Below the pieces are notes generated by a model. It saw only the letters and a list, made by a program, of their open reading frames with translations. It was not told the origin of the DNA and did not search any database. 64,000 nucleotides of DNA from Syncephalis fuscata S228 (Eukaryota; Fungi; Zoopagomycota). Below, in pieces: positions 23,944 to 37,200 of the stretch. Location: NCBI GenBank assembly GCA_025786725.1, contig JAHLTZ010000035.1, positions 124,001 to 188,000 on the forward strand, written 5' to 3'. Within the stretch, counting starts at the first letter, position 1. The number at the start of each line of letters is the position of its first letter. The position numbers and the translations under genes were made by a program.

Positions 23944-24420
23944 TTTAATGTGATTCGGTGGACAAATGACTAACATCTAATAACATCCAATCTATTGAAC
24001 ATGATGATGGATGGTGAATGGCATTAATCATCAAATATTCATTATTGTAGATTTATTATCCAGTATGCATATATCCACCATTTACTTATATTATTCCCAT
24101 TCTATCCCGCGCTACCATATATCATTCTATGATATACTAGACACATTCTATTGTATATATGTTCCAATATACTTTACTAATTCCGCTTATTTTTTAGCAA
24201 GCTATATGCAATTGAAACCTATAACAATATAATGTATATAGTATATCATAAAATGCTATATGATAGTATGGGATAGAATGGTAATTATATAAATAAATAA
24301 AGTATATATGCATATTGGATAATAAATCTATGATAATAAGTATTTTAAACCTTAATGCTATTCGTCACTCATCATCATGTTCGATTGAATGTTATTAAAT
24401 TTGGTCATTGGAGCATTAAA
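23944..24420. mobile_element. Foldback/MITE-like palindromic element, copy 1
   Basis: Arms of about 210-225 bp (23944-24168 and 24211-24420) are imperfect inverted repeats, e.g. gaacatgatgatg/catcatcatgttc and ttatccagtatgcatatat/atatatgcatattggataa. Spacer about 40 nt. Confidence 0.8.
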
Positions 24421-24821
24421 TTACAATATAATTAAATGATTTAATTATTGGCAAAACTTACTACTTTGTCCTATTTTTAATAGAACGAATGTACGAGTGT
24501 AGCTGTATGAAATGTAAATAAGCATTATTGGAAATTAAAAGTAAGTATAATTATACATCATGTCATCAGTAAAGTACTGAACATGACAAGAATAATAGGC
24601 AACAAATAATAAAAACGAATATATTTATAGGGCAATGGTGGCATTGCCAAAATGATGTTCTAAATGGATTACTATCTATAAATTATTGCTGCATAGCACT
24701 TCTAAGTCAACATACGTAAAATGTATCCACTTTAACAAGTCTGAATACATTACAATTGTGTGCACGCTCTATTTGCTCTTTTGAAACAATTTAATAGAAA
24801 ATATGAGGCGCAAACTCTGCT

Positions 24822-26493
24822 TCACTCCATAAATGAATTACAGTTACAGATACCGGCGCGAACAGCAAAACTGGCCAACGATCCAATAGCAAGGCCTAAA
24901 GTCATTAGCACGGATAACATCATGCCAGAGTAGCCACGGTCCTTCTCAGCCACCTTTTCTGGGCCAAACATCATAACGCAAGTACCTATCCAGCCATTGC
25001 TAACGGAAAACACCGATAAAATGGCGTAGTAGGCGGCATCGCCAAATATAACAGGTGTGCTGCGGGCTAGAATATCGCCAGCGCCATATTGCACGTTGCT
25101 TAGTACAAAGAGTGGCGCGAAAACCATGCGTAGTGTAGATAAAATCAATAGAGCACGGTCGTTTTTAACTGGAATTATTGCTGGCAGCATTTTGCCTAAC
25201 ATATCTCCCGCATTAAAAATCGTAAAATGAAGCAAAACAAATATTTCACGGCTTTGCCAGCGCGCATTATCAGGATGGTTAGAAGTGATACTAGCGGTAA
25301 TAGAAGGAAATAGGGCCAGCGTGACGAACAATGTCATTAAGACAGCCATGCCGTACTTCCAAAGTAGCCGAGCTATGTAAAGTGTATCAGCGCGAGTGTA
25401 ATTTTGCAAAACTACAGTTGTTTGTCCTCCAAGTTTTTGGTCATTTTGATTATAGTAACGGTAAATTGGTAGACGTCGCATAATAACATAAGATACTATA
25501 GAAAGAACACGATTGCGGCGGAAAAAGCAAAATAAATAATAGCCCGTCGATTAACGCTTTCAATCGTATTGGCAGTCAAAGGATCTGACAAAAGAGCAAT
25601 AGCTAACGGAGTGATGGATGCGATTAGACCAGCTAAACCTGTAGTAAGAAAATAGTCGGTTAGTATAAATGGTAGAAAGATTAGCGTAATATCAACATGC
25701 CTTGTCCACTATTCGACACAGTTGTTAGTAAATAGCACACTGGTCAATGGCATGAATACTTACGTGAGAAATCCTTGTACATAAATGGGTGGTAGTCGAG
25801 CGCCTAGTTCGTAAAGAGCATTTTGTAAATATGAAGATGTAATACCAGTCAAGGTCATTAATGCGAGAATAATGCCGAAATACGTATCGGGTGCAATATT
25901 AGAGATATTGATCATAACAATTACCATGATGAAAATGATCATATTGAGTGTGTGTGAAACGATAATTTGCATTGGGAAATTGGCCTAATAGCATCATAAT
26001 TAATTAATGTATGTCCATTAACGCGTATACGTTGTGGTATAAACTTACTTTATGCTGAAGAGCCATAGCAACACAAACAAAAATAAGGTTGAGCAAAGTA
26101 AAAGAAACGCTAAAGTAGTTTTGGAAATTGCCAGCAAAACGTCCACCTTTGAAAGCAGCGGAAAAATACTCCGAAGCAGTAATAAACACTAATAATACGT
26201 ATATTATTTGCTACTGGGTCAGAATAACTTTTGCCATTATTGTCATTATTGCTATTGTATCACTTACCGTTCCATGGTAGCAACATAGCAACGCCTTGAA
26301 TAAAGAAAATGCCATATGCCAAGAAGAATTTATCTTGTGGTGGTGCAAGCTCGTTTTTAAACGGGGCCATATCGTTATTTCGCGACGACTCTAGCGATAG
26401 CTTTTCGCCATAGTCAAGCGGACTATAATTCGGCTGAGCATCTCGCTTCAATGGTGGGCTATCGTTATGCAATGTATCGCTGCGGTCTGCCAT
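24822..26493 (-). CDS. Equilibrative nucleoside transporter (ENT/SLC29 family), copy 1
   Basis: LLPWN.FITA..YF, TGQGLAG, VTLALFPSIT, FNAGDMLGK, SNGW. Includes an 8-nt microexon at 25701-25708. One apparent 1-nt deletion near 25505. Confidence 0.9.
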
Positions 26494-28142
26494 TTTGGCT
26501 AATTATAAATATAAAAGTTTTTGCGTGCGACGAGTTGTAAGACTAAAGTACTGAAAGCTTTTAGCAAAAATGGTGGTTGTTTTCCGTTAAAGAGGGGTAC
26601 AAAAATGTAGAAACTATAAAGCAATGAAAATGCAATGTTGCCCCTAGTTGTTTTATAGCACCGAGTGTTTAATGCATGCTACCATACTCGGCAAATACAT
26701 GAAACCATATCGGCATGGCATTATCTCGTACAAAATCTTGTTTATTAGCAATAGCCTAGTGCAGAATCAATAATGTGGCCTCTATTGGCATATTGATACT
26801 GATATCGATATACGCTATATTTTTATGCTCACTGTTGGTAAAGAGCACAATAGTTCAAATGTTTTACATCAATCTACAAATCGTTGCTCTGTACGATTAT
26901 GTCTAGATTCAGCATAACACGTGATGAAAAAAATTGTGAAAATAATTCTAGTTTAGATTTAATTAGATTCTACCAATAATATTATAATGGTAAATATATA
27001 CAATTTTATTCACTAGCTTGTTAGAGAGCTAATGAAATTCAGCTGTATGTAAATTTGAAATTAAATAACCTGCCAACCTGTTTAATACAAAGCTATTTTT
27101 ATTGTTATTCTCTTGAATTCAATTTATAACTATAATAAAGTTAACAGTATTTTTAATGTCTCGGTATGTTGATCCATAAGTCTATAGTTGAGTTACAAAG
27201 GCTTTATTATTTTCAACAAGGCAAAATGAAAGCTGAAACAATCCTTGGCTGCATATTAAAAATAATACCAGGAATGCCTAAGGTTATCATATATATATAG
27301 CAGTCCAAGGCCTTTTTTGTTTTTTAAAAAACTAGTTTTTTTCATATATAAATGTATCTGTCATATACTGTATTGCAATATACTGGTATTTTACTTTAAA
27401 GCATAACATTATTAGCATTAGTTAAACTATTTTATTGTTTATTAAAACAGCATAGTTACTATATTGCTTAGTACTAATATACTGCGTACTTTTATCATAA
27501 AAATATTCATACGTGGCGTAATATATACAAATAAAGCTAATATATGTATATATAATTAATTAATTTGTTGCATTGTTATTTGCTGACGGTAATTAACTTT
27601 TTATTGAAAATTATTTTGTAGCTTATTAAATTAATAATTTATCTATACCTTGAAATTAATATTACCAAATACTCGAACTAAATTACTGTTTTTTAATAAT
27701 AGATTAATAGATTAATGTTTATAGATGATATACAGCAAAATAGAATAACTTTATTAATGCAATGGTTATAATGTAGATTATTATATAACAAAGCCTCACA
27801 GCTGTCAAGTCAAATAAAATAGATTACATGGTACTAGTGTTTTATTTAAGCATAAAAGTCACTTTTTATGTTACTTGTATTAGTCATATGCATCATCAAG
27901 CCAGCGTAAAATAACAATAACAATAATAATATTAATCGTGCAACTTTTTAAGATTAAATAGCTATTTCCAATTTTTTCATCAGTTTCTATGCTTTTACAT
28001 ATATATTGGCAGTATATGATAAATATTGCATGTTTTTTAATAATACAACAGCAGTGGAGAAACAATAAATGCATTGTTTTACTAATATTGCATGAAAGTT
28101 GGATTGTTTTGTGGCATTACCATTAGCAATTTGGCGATAAAG

Positions 28143-28150
28143 TGACGTCA
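28143..28150. promoter_or_regulatory. Perfect CRE/ATF palindrome TGACGTCA, 68 bp upstream of the F-box gene ATG
   Basis: Sequence match only. Confidence 0.3.
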
Positions 28151-28217
28151 TCTCGTACATGTCTAGTATTCAAGGCCTCTTTCTCTCCAGCAAAGGCAGT
28201 AGTCATCTTTTTCCACA

Positions 28218-29995
28218 ATGTCTTTACGAGATAACAAAACTTTACCAAAACCGTTCATTATTGTTGAAATCGTCCAGCGTATCGCATTGTTTGGCGGAAA
28301 TAGCACTGTTGCTGCCTTGTCATGCACCTGCACTCAGATATATGCCGCTATTGCAAGAAATAACGAGCTGTGGCATATTTTGTATTTACAAAAATTTCGT
28401 ATTATTACAAACATAGGACTAATTTGGCTGTGGCGGCAATATGAACAAGCACATATTGCATCCGCAATATCGGATAGTATTAGTGCAAAAAACAGTTATA
28501 TATGGCAGAGACTATATCAACAGTATTTTTGTCCTGCTACGAATATAAAGCTTAAGCGACAATCGCGTCAACTTGAGCCTAAGCGTAATATAAAGTTTTT
28601 ATCAAACAGCTCGCAAAACAGTGAGCTAAACAATTGCATATGGATGCAGCTTTATAGACAACGTAAAGAAATGCTTTTAAATTGGCAGAATAATCATATA
28701 ACATGGAAGTCTAACACATTGCTCACTGAGAAAAATACCCAATTCAAATTTAATACATCTAATTTATTTTTCTCAGCTAGTTGTCCTGGTTGGGTTTTTT
28801 GTATTAATAGAAAAACACTGGAAGCTTTTTTAGTCAAACTTTCATCTAAAAAACCTGCAACGATGCATGTGTTAAATTGGAAGCAGAATAATTTGCATAG
28901 TGTGCTTTCTGCAGTATTCAGTAATAATCAACAAGAACAGCGTGAAACTAAAAACATCATTAATAATAACGAAAAAGAAAATAAGCACAATTCATATTTA
29001 ATTTTATGGTTAGGAACATTAGAAATGACAAACGAGCTACAAATATGGAATACGAGCAATTGCCAACTGTTAAGAACTATTAAACAAAGAGATTTTCATG
29101 ACTGTAAAATAGTTGGTTCATCTTTATTATATCATAATCCTATAGATGTTTTTTCTCAACCGCAATATCCAAACGGTTCTGTCACTTTAATGACTGACAT
29201 TTTTTCAGAATTACCGCATGAGCCGCGATCAATCGTTATTCCAAAAGATATTGAGAATCTACAATGCAGAATACAAACAACCAATGAGAAATATGTAAAC
29301 ATAATATGCTATACCAATAATACAAATCCTATATTATACGAAATAATACAGGTATCAATAACAAACACATCGAATCAAAGTGTCAATGATAAACCAAAAA
29401 TGAAAGTTATCAAGCTAGACTGTCTTTCTGTTCCCAAGAATATGACGGCAGATTTACTAGATTTTTATTACGTAGACCAAAATCGAGTTTTATTTACTAG
29501 ACATTACATTGCTTTTGAAGAAATTAATATGTCACTCGGCAGAAGAAATTGGAAGCTTCGTTTAACACTTATATCATCATCAAGTGGATTAGTATGGGAG
29601 AAGGATTATTCTAATTATAGGATCAGTAATCTGATTATTATACCGGAGTATAACCTGTGTGTATTTAATTGCAAGAAAAGTCATTTCCTGGTGGTAATTT
29701 CATTGTTGGACGGAAAACTACAGCGCCATATTAATGCTGAAGATTCGTACAAAACATTTGTTAATTTTGAACATATTACGGACGCGTTATTGTCGGTTAC
29801 GAGTATACTTCCAACCGATACTGCGTCATTGATGCGGCAACCGGGCAACGAAACATTTATTTTTTTCCAATATCCTCTGTCAAATGCTGTGTTTTTGTAT
29901 TCGGACACATGTTGCTGGCAAATGACAAAGAAGTATTAATAGCGAGTTTCATACCTAATCTACATAGTATTCAACAAATTTTATGTACAAAATAG
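28218..29995 (+). CDS. F-box-like protein with divergent beta-rich C-terminal region (lineage-expanded family)
   Basis: N-terminal LPKPFIIVEIVQRIA...LSCTC..IY....NELW..LY..KF. The ORF runs to 29939, but a frame change near 29893 gives FGHMLL...SFIP (stop 29995), matching the paralog C-terminus. Confidence 0.75.
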
Positions 29996-30749
29996 CTATA
30001 AATTATAGCTCCAAAAGTCCTTTTTTATTTTAATTTATACATTATATCTTTGCTAATGCATATTAGTATACCTTTTTATATATTATTATCTTTATGAGTA
30101 GTTTATATTAGCCCACTGCCACTCCCATTTAAGCAAAGCATTCTAGTAATGCAATCACTTTGACGTTTAGATAGCGGCAATATAAATTAATTATTATACA
30201 ACGTAGCATTGCTTATGTTGGCAAATTTATTATATTTGGATATTATAACACAAGATTAGCAATAAAGGTATTTTTTAAAGTAAATAAAGCAAGTAGCAGT
30301 TGAATTTATGCATTAGCTATTCAATAAGTATATTAATAATGATAGTATTTTAATAACATCTATGATGAATTTTTAAATAGCTACTGCTCATACTAGTGTG
30401 CGTATATCGGTGGTATAAATAGCTATTTATATAATAAAATAAATACAGCTACTAAATCTTTGAATGATCTGCCGCTAATCATTACAAGTTTGTGGAATGT
30501 GTGATGAAAATTCCATCAAACAAATGATTTAATATCAGACAACTACATCTTTTACGTCTCACGTGTATTCATTCTGTTTTTACATGATATTTGTTATTAG
30601 TCTATAATGACACTATCATTCCACAAAGCTGGCCAGGGCAGTATGCCTCTCTTCAGCGATAACTTGCCTGTTTCTTCTTCGGCTCAACCAACTAATTACA
30701 ATGTAAATAATAACCAAGCGTTAGACATTCAAAATACTGCCAACACTTC

Positions 30750-32294
30750 ATGCAGCTATCTTCGTCTGGTCATCGTAACTATACTGCTGAGACTCCTTTG
30801 CTAGGCATATCACATCATACAACGCTGGATGCTGCTGCTTCCAAAAAAGTCTATACTTCATTTGTTTTACTAGGCTTTCTCGCTTTATTGCCATGGTGTA
30901 GTAAGTAGTGGCAGCTGCAGTTAGTAAACAAAAAGCGCATTTCTAACGGGTTTGTGTTTAGTGTTTATTAATGCATTCGAATACTTTAGAATACGATTTA
31001 TAGACTCGGCATTTGCTGAAAACTATGCCAGCTATATCTCAACCGGCTATACCATCTCTTCTGTGATTTCTATGATATTGGCAGTCAATTATCAACACCG
31101 GGTAAGCAATTATTAATCGCTACAGGTACTATTGCTAATTGCAGACCAACGATAAAAGGCCAATAAAAGACGTGACATTATTATTTCATCAGTAATAATC
31201 ACTGGTGTTTTTGCGCTTGTAGCCATTATAACTCGGCTAGAAACATTAGATTCAAATATTTGTTTTTATCTTATCTTTTCTACTGCTGTTGTATCATCTA
31301 TGGCAAGCGGGTTTTTACAGATTTACAGCTTTGCAATTGTACCATGGTTTCCACTTATCAATACTCAGGGAATTCTAAAGTAAGCGCAGTACTTAAATGA
31401 TAGTTTATTGACTGTAATACTAGTGGCCAAGCAATTGCTGGGATATTGCCTTCGGCCATCCAGATAATCAGTGCTGCATCTGGAGTTCAAAATGGTGCCG
31501 ACGAAGGCGGATATAGTCCCAGTGTACGCACCTTCATTGTATTTCTGTTCGCAGTTATCAGTGGTGTAGTTGTTATCAATGATTTTTTACAATTCAGTGA
31601 TAGTGAAATTTATCATTCCTGCGTGGTAGATGATACGATAACAGCAGTAAGACAAGATAATACAACAAATGGCTCGGAAATCGTGGCCGATGACTCTTCG
31701 GCCAACAGTGGATTTGAATCCACGAATAAGGACTCACTTTTGCGTGTTATTATCAAAATCCGACTTCCTGCGTTGTCAATCTTGACTCTTTTTATTATTA
31801 CATTGGCGGTGTTCCCAGCCATTACGGCTAGGATCATTCCGACGGGTGAAATTTCTCAATATCACCGAGAACTGTTTGTTGCTGTTCATTTTGCTGTTTT
31901 TAATTTTGGTGATTGGTTTGGTCGTATGATACCGGCATTTTACCATTTAGAGACATTGCGCAACAATGCTCACCTACTTACTGCAGTCTTGTTAAGAGTA
32001 GGATTTGTTGTATTTTTCCTGCTATCCAATGTGCAAAGTCCCATTCGATGGTATGAGCCTCTATTTTTGAATAGCTTTTTGTTTTTTGCTGTTTTGTTTA
32101 TATTCGCCGCAACCAATGGCTGGTTTGCATCCATATCCTTTATGAATGCACCTGAACTTGTCAGAAAGGTAAATCGTCCATTGGCCAGCAGTGTTATGTC
32201 GCTTCTACTGGTTGTAGGGCTGGCCAGTGGCTCGGCACTTTCTTTTCTTATGCAAGGTATCGTTTGTGGGTGTAATCCCTTTATTAATAAGTAA
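30750..32294 (+). CDS. Equilibrative nucleoside transporter, copy 2
   Basis: LLPWC.FINA..YF, GQAIAG, ITLAVFPAIT, FNFGDWFGR, TNGW, and the C-terminal CGCNPF shared with copy 1. The start could be 30750, or 30607 if there is a frameshift. Confidence 0.88.
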
Positions 32295-32347
32295 TAAATG
32301 GCCAATGCTTTTTAGAGCATATTATTTCAATTTCATATTAATGACGA

Positions 32348-32535
32348 TAAAGCCAATAAAAGACGTGCTATTATCATTTCATTGGCAATAGTCGCTGGTC
32401 GTCATTATAACATGGCTAAAAACGTTAGATTCAAATATCTACTTTATCTTATCTTTCCTATCACTGCAATGTTGCCGATTGCAATTGTGCCATGCTTCCG
32501 TTTATTAACACCAAGGAAACTCCCAAGTAAGCGTG
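32348..32535 (+). pseudogene. Degenerate duplicate of an internal exon of ENT copy 2
   Basis: gccaataaaagacgtg...ttagattcaaatat...tatcttatcttt...tgcaattgt.ccatg...aagtaagcg aligns, with deletions, to 31150-31390. Confidence 0.8.
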
Positions 32536-32689
32536 AGATTTGGATGATAATGCTATGCGGGATAATTACCGCCGTGGCAAATTAATACTGCCTATCTATG
32601 GACTAAATATTAGTCGGACGTGATTGATATTCATATCATTACGTATAATTACAGTTAGTTGTTTAACGGCCCAATACAAAGATTGACAT

Positions 32690-33308
32690 GGTATTCTTCT
32701 ATTGAACATGATGGTGAGTGGTGAGTGACATCAGAAATCAAATACTCATTATTGTATATTCATTATCCAGTATGCATATATAATCTATTTATTTATATCA
32801 TTCCCATTGCAAAATCATACTATTGCTTATTATTTTATCTATACTGAATACATTATATCGGCTGTAGCTTTAAACATATATAGCTTAATGAGCCCAGTAA
32901 GCAAAATAAATTAAACTTTATTAATAATATAGCTAGAACCAAATGAGCGACATCTCTGCACAGCTCTTAACTTGTATATAGTAAAACAATATAGAATAAA
33001 ATAAATATATAATGGAAAGAACATGATAAGCGGTGGTAAAGTTACAGTGTATATAGCGCAATGACTGGAATGAGTAGAATGTAATGGAACATATAAAGAA
33101 TAGAATGTGCCTAGTATATCATAAAATGATATATATAGTAGTATGGGTATGCAACAGGAATGAAATAAAAGAATAGAAGATATATGCATACTGGATAATG
33201 AATCTATGATGATGAGTATTTGATAACTGATATCACTCACCACCCATCATCATGTTCAATAAAAAGAATATTATTAAAAATAGCCATTTAACTACCAAAA
33301 ACATTAAA
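32690..33308. mobile_element. Foldback/MITE-like palindromic element, copy 2 (same family as 23944-24420)
   Basis: Same arm sequence (ctattgaacatgatg...ttatccagtatgcatata) present in both orientations, with a longer central spacer. Confidence 0.8.
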
Positions 33309-34203
33309 TGACTATAAATTATTTATAAACCAGTTTATTGATGCAATACCATGTATTATAGAATAATCGTCATAGGCATAGCAGCCTTGTATGTGTAATA
33401 CCATCCTTGTAACATACACTGTACTAGTTTGTTTTTTTTAAATAAATAGCCGATGGCCAAGTATGCTTAACACATGACATTGTCTTAAGTATTAATAGCA
33501 TCGCACGCCGACGAGAATTGAAATGAACTAGGGCATCATTTTTTGTATAATAGAAAACATCGGACTTTGGTTATATTCCCATTGATTTTATACAAATATT
33601 TTCTATCATTGTCTTAGACATATTTTATAAAATAAATAGTCAAAACTTGCGATAATATTGGCGTCGGTAATCATGCCAACCTTTGTAGCTGGCTTATTGG
33701 TGTTAACGGGCCCGTATAAAACGAATGATTGTCGATGGACAGTGGATAGTAGCACAGGGAAAATCCCTGTGCCGTCGGTAGAAATATCGACCGCCATCCG
33801 GAGAAAAGCCGGAATGACGACACAGTAATAGCTGATGGTATCAGTGTGTGTGTGTATGTGTGCGTTCCCTTAAGTTCGTTCAAAATAGTAACATCAGAAA
33901 AGGAAATTGACGGCTAAAAATGATAACAACAATCACTTGTGGATCGGTTTTAGTTCAGCATAATAAATTTGCGCGGATCAAAAACATTGGTCTAGCCGTG
34001 ATAACGGCATAGCTAAACCGAACCACAACTCCGGATATTCGGAATTACTGTATGTTTTATTAGTAAGACATTTGCGCAAAAAAACAAATAAATATGGTTC
34101 AAGAAAGAAGTGCCCACCGAGCACGATAAACTATGCTGCCTTTATTTTTCAATTATTGCAAATTCATTACATACATTTGATATCTGTTATTTGTTAACTG
34201 CAT

Positions 34204-37200
34204 ATGGAAAGAAGGCCATCTAATAAAAAGATAGGCACCCACCGGGCCAGTCTATCTAATTCGTCCGAGCATGACGATTCGTCTCCAGACGATCAGAACT
34301 CTCCTCGTACCAGTGCCGATGGAGGCCATCGCCTGCAATTTACCGATGAGCCTCTAACGCCATTGGCACGTACCGAAAGTGCTATGCCCGGTGGTATTAC
34401 GATGAACTTTGGTGAGGTTAGCTCTGTCGATGTTGACGATGCAAAGTCAAGATACGCCGCACTAGGAAGAACTTTAAGTCACAACTCGGTCCGTCCTAGT
34501 ATCGGTAAAATAGAGGAGGGTGCTGCGCCCGCCGGCATCGACCTGGAAGAGTATCTTAACAATCGCTTGGACAAAGCGAAAGAGCTGGGTATTCGCCATA
34601 AAAGACTTGGTGTTGCTTTTCGAAATTTAACAGTTATTGGCAACTCAACCACTCGTGAGCATATCCAAACGTTTTGGACGCCATTCTACCGTCCTATGCG
34701 CGACCTGGGTGTGATGCTTCATCTTTTGCCAAAGCCAGATCCAGGCATTCCATTTGAAATTCTACACGATATTACTGGTTTGTGTGCGGATGGTGAAATG
34801 GTTTTAGTCCTGGGAAAACCGGGCTCGGGCTGCTCAACTTTACTGCGAGTCCTCGCCAATCATCGTCGCACTTACAAGGAAATTCGTGGTGCAGTCACCT
34901 ATGGTGGTATTCCAGCTGAAGAAATGGACCAATACAAAGGTGAAATCGCTTACAATCAAGAGGATGATGTTCATTACCCAACGGTAAATATAAAAGACCT
35001 TTATTTACCATTTTATTAATATTCTATTATAGCTCACAGTTAAAAATACACTTGAATTTGTTTGCAAGTGCCGTACACCAAGTGAAGAATACGTGAAAGA
35101 CCCCAAGACCTTTATTGATGAAATGGTTAACACCACTTGTCAAGTGTTTGGCTTAACACACTGCAAAAACACGCAAGTTGGCAATGCTATGATTCGAGGT
35201 GTGTCCGGCGGTGAACGTAAGCGTCTTTCTATTGCTGAACAAGTTGTCTCAATGGCCACGGTGGGCATTTGGGATGGCAGTACCAAGGGTCTTGATGCAT
35301 CGACAGCCTTGGACTTTGTTCGTTCGTTGCGTATTGCTTCTGATGTGCTGCAACGAACAACATTTGCCACGTTCTACCAAGCAAGTGAGAGTATCTACGA
35401 GCTGTTCGACAAGGTAATGGTGCTGGACCAAGGCTACTGTCTCTACTTCGGCCCCACGACTACCGCAAAGTCCTACTTTGAAGGCATTGGTCTCGAGTGT
35501 CCAGCTCGTATGACAACGCCCGACTTCTTAACGGGTGTTACGCAACTTCGTGAACGCACAATCCGCTCTGGCTTTGAAGATATGGTGCCGAAAACAGCTC
35601 AAGAATTTGACACGCAATTTAAAGCCAGTCCCGAGTACACCAACATTCTTCAAGAGATTGACACTTACGAGCATGGCCTTCAAGAAGAACGTCCTGATGT
35701 CGAATTTCGCGAAGCAGTCACACAAGCAAAACATAAAGGTGTTAAAAAGCGGTCAGCCTACATGACGCCTTATCGTCATCAGCTCATGGCTTGCTTGGCT
35801 CGTGAATTCCATTTGCTATATGGTGGCCGTGGTGAAACAATTACTCGTTTAGTTTCCAACACCATTAAAGCCATTATTATCGGCTCTCTCTTCTTTAAAC
35901 TTCCACTTGATAGCTCTGGCGCTTTCACTCGCGGTGGTGCTCTATTCGTTTCACTTCTTTTCAATGCTCTTTCCTCCCAATCTGAACTTCCAAAATCCTT
36001 TTTTGGTCGCGGTGTATTGTATAAACACAAATCGCTAGCGTTGTATCACCCTTCCGCTTTCTACATTGCTCAGGTTATTGCAGATGTTCCACGTCTTTTG
36101 CTATTCGTTGGGTCCTTCGCCCTTCTAATTTACTGGATGACGGGCTTCCACTCTACAGCAGCGGCATTTTTTACGTTTTTCTTTGCTCTTTTCGTTCTAT
36201 CGATGGCAATGACAGCACTGTTCAGATTGTTGGGTACAATTTCGCCAAACATCCAAATAGCCAATATTTTGCTGGTATTTTTCTTCTTTCTTTCCTTGTC
36301 TATGCCGGTTATATTATACCGCTGAAGGACATGAAAGGCTGGTTTATATGGATTCGATACATTAATCCATTGGCCTGGGGGCTTGAAGCGCTGCTGCTTA
36401 ACGAATTTAAAGACTTGACATTCCATTGCTCGCCACCCGCTTTACTCCCATACGGTCCAGGGTATGATGATTTGCGCTACAAGACCTGTACTCTTGCCGG
36501 TGCATCTCCCGGAAGCAATGAGGTATTAGGCCGCGATTACATGCGTACACAGCTTAGCGCACATGTATCGATGCTTTGGCCCGACATCGTCATTTCCATT
36601 GGCTTCTGGCTTCTATACATTGCATTACTTCAATTTGCATTGAAGTACTTGAATTTGGCAAGGGCGGCTACTCAACCAACATCTACAAAGCTCGTCTTCC
36701 AAAATCAACTCGCCATGGCAAGGAGATTGGTCCAGATGGCAAGCCAGTAGCCATCCGTCCCGGGTACGAAGGAGATATGAAAATGTCAGATGAATCGCTG
36801 CAACAAGCAAATATGGAACATCTTAATGAAGTACCTATTTCTTGTGGAACCATATAAGTTACACTGTGCCCTTTAAATCCGATCCCGGTGGTAAGCGAAG
36901 ACTGCTGGATAATATCGCTGGTTGGGTTCGTCCAGGAGAGCTGGTCGCTTTGATGGGCAGTAGCGGGGCTGGTAAAACAACTTTACTTGATGTGCTAGCT
37001 CAGCGCAAGTCGGTTGGTGTGGTCAACGGCGACATTCGCCTGCAGAACCACATACCAGGTGACGATTTCCGCCTGCTTACCGGTTATTGTGAACAGCTAG
37101 ATGTACATAATCCGTATGCTACAGTGCGTGAAACACTTCGCTTTTCTGCCAGTCTGCGCCAGCCACAAAGCGTAAGCACTGCTGAAAAGAATTCATATGT

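Noticed and set aside
24011-24232. Similar short ORFs at 24011-24232 and 32911-33243 that look like a small protein family
   Set aside because: Both lie in the arms of the foldback repeat; the similarity is explained by the DNA repeat.
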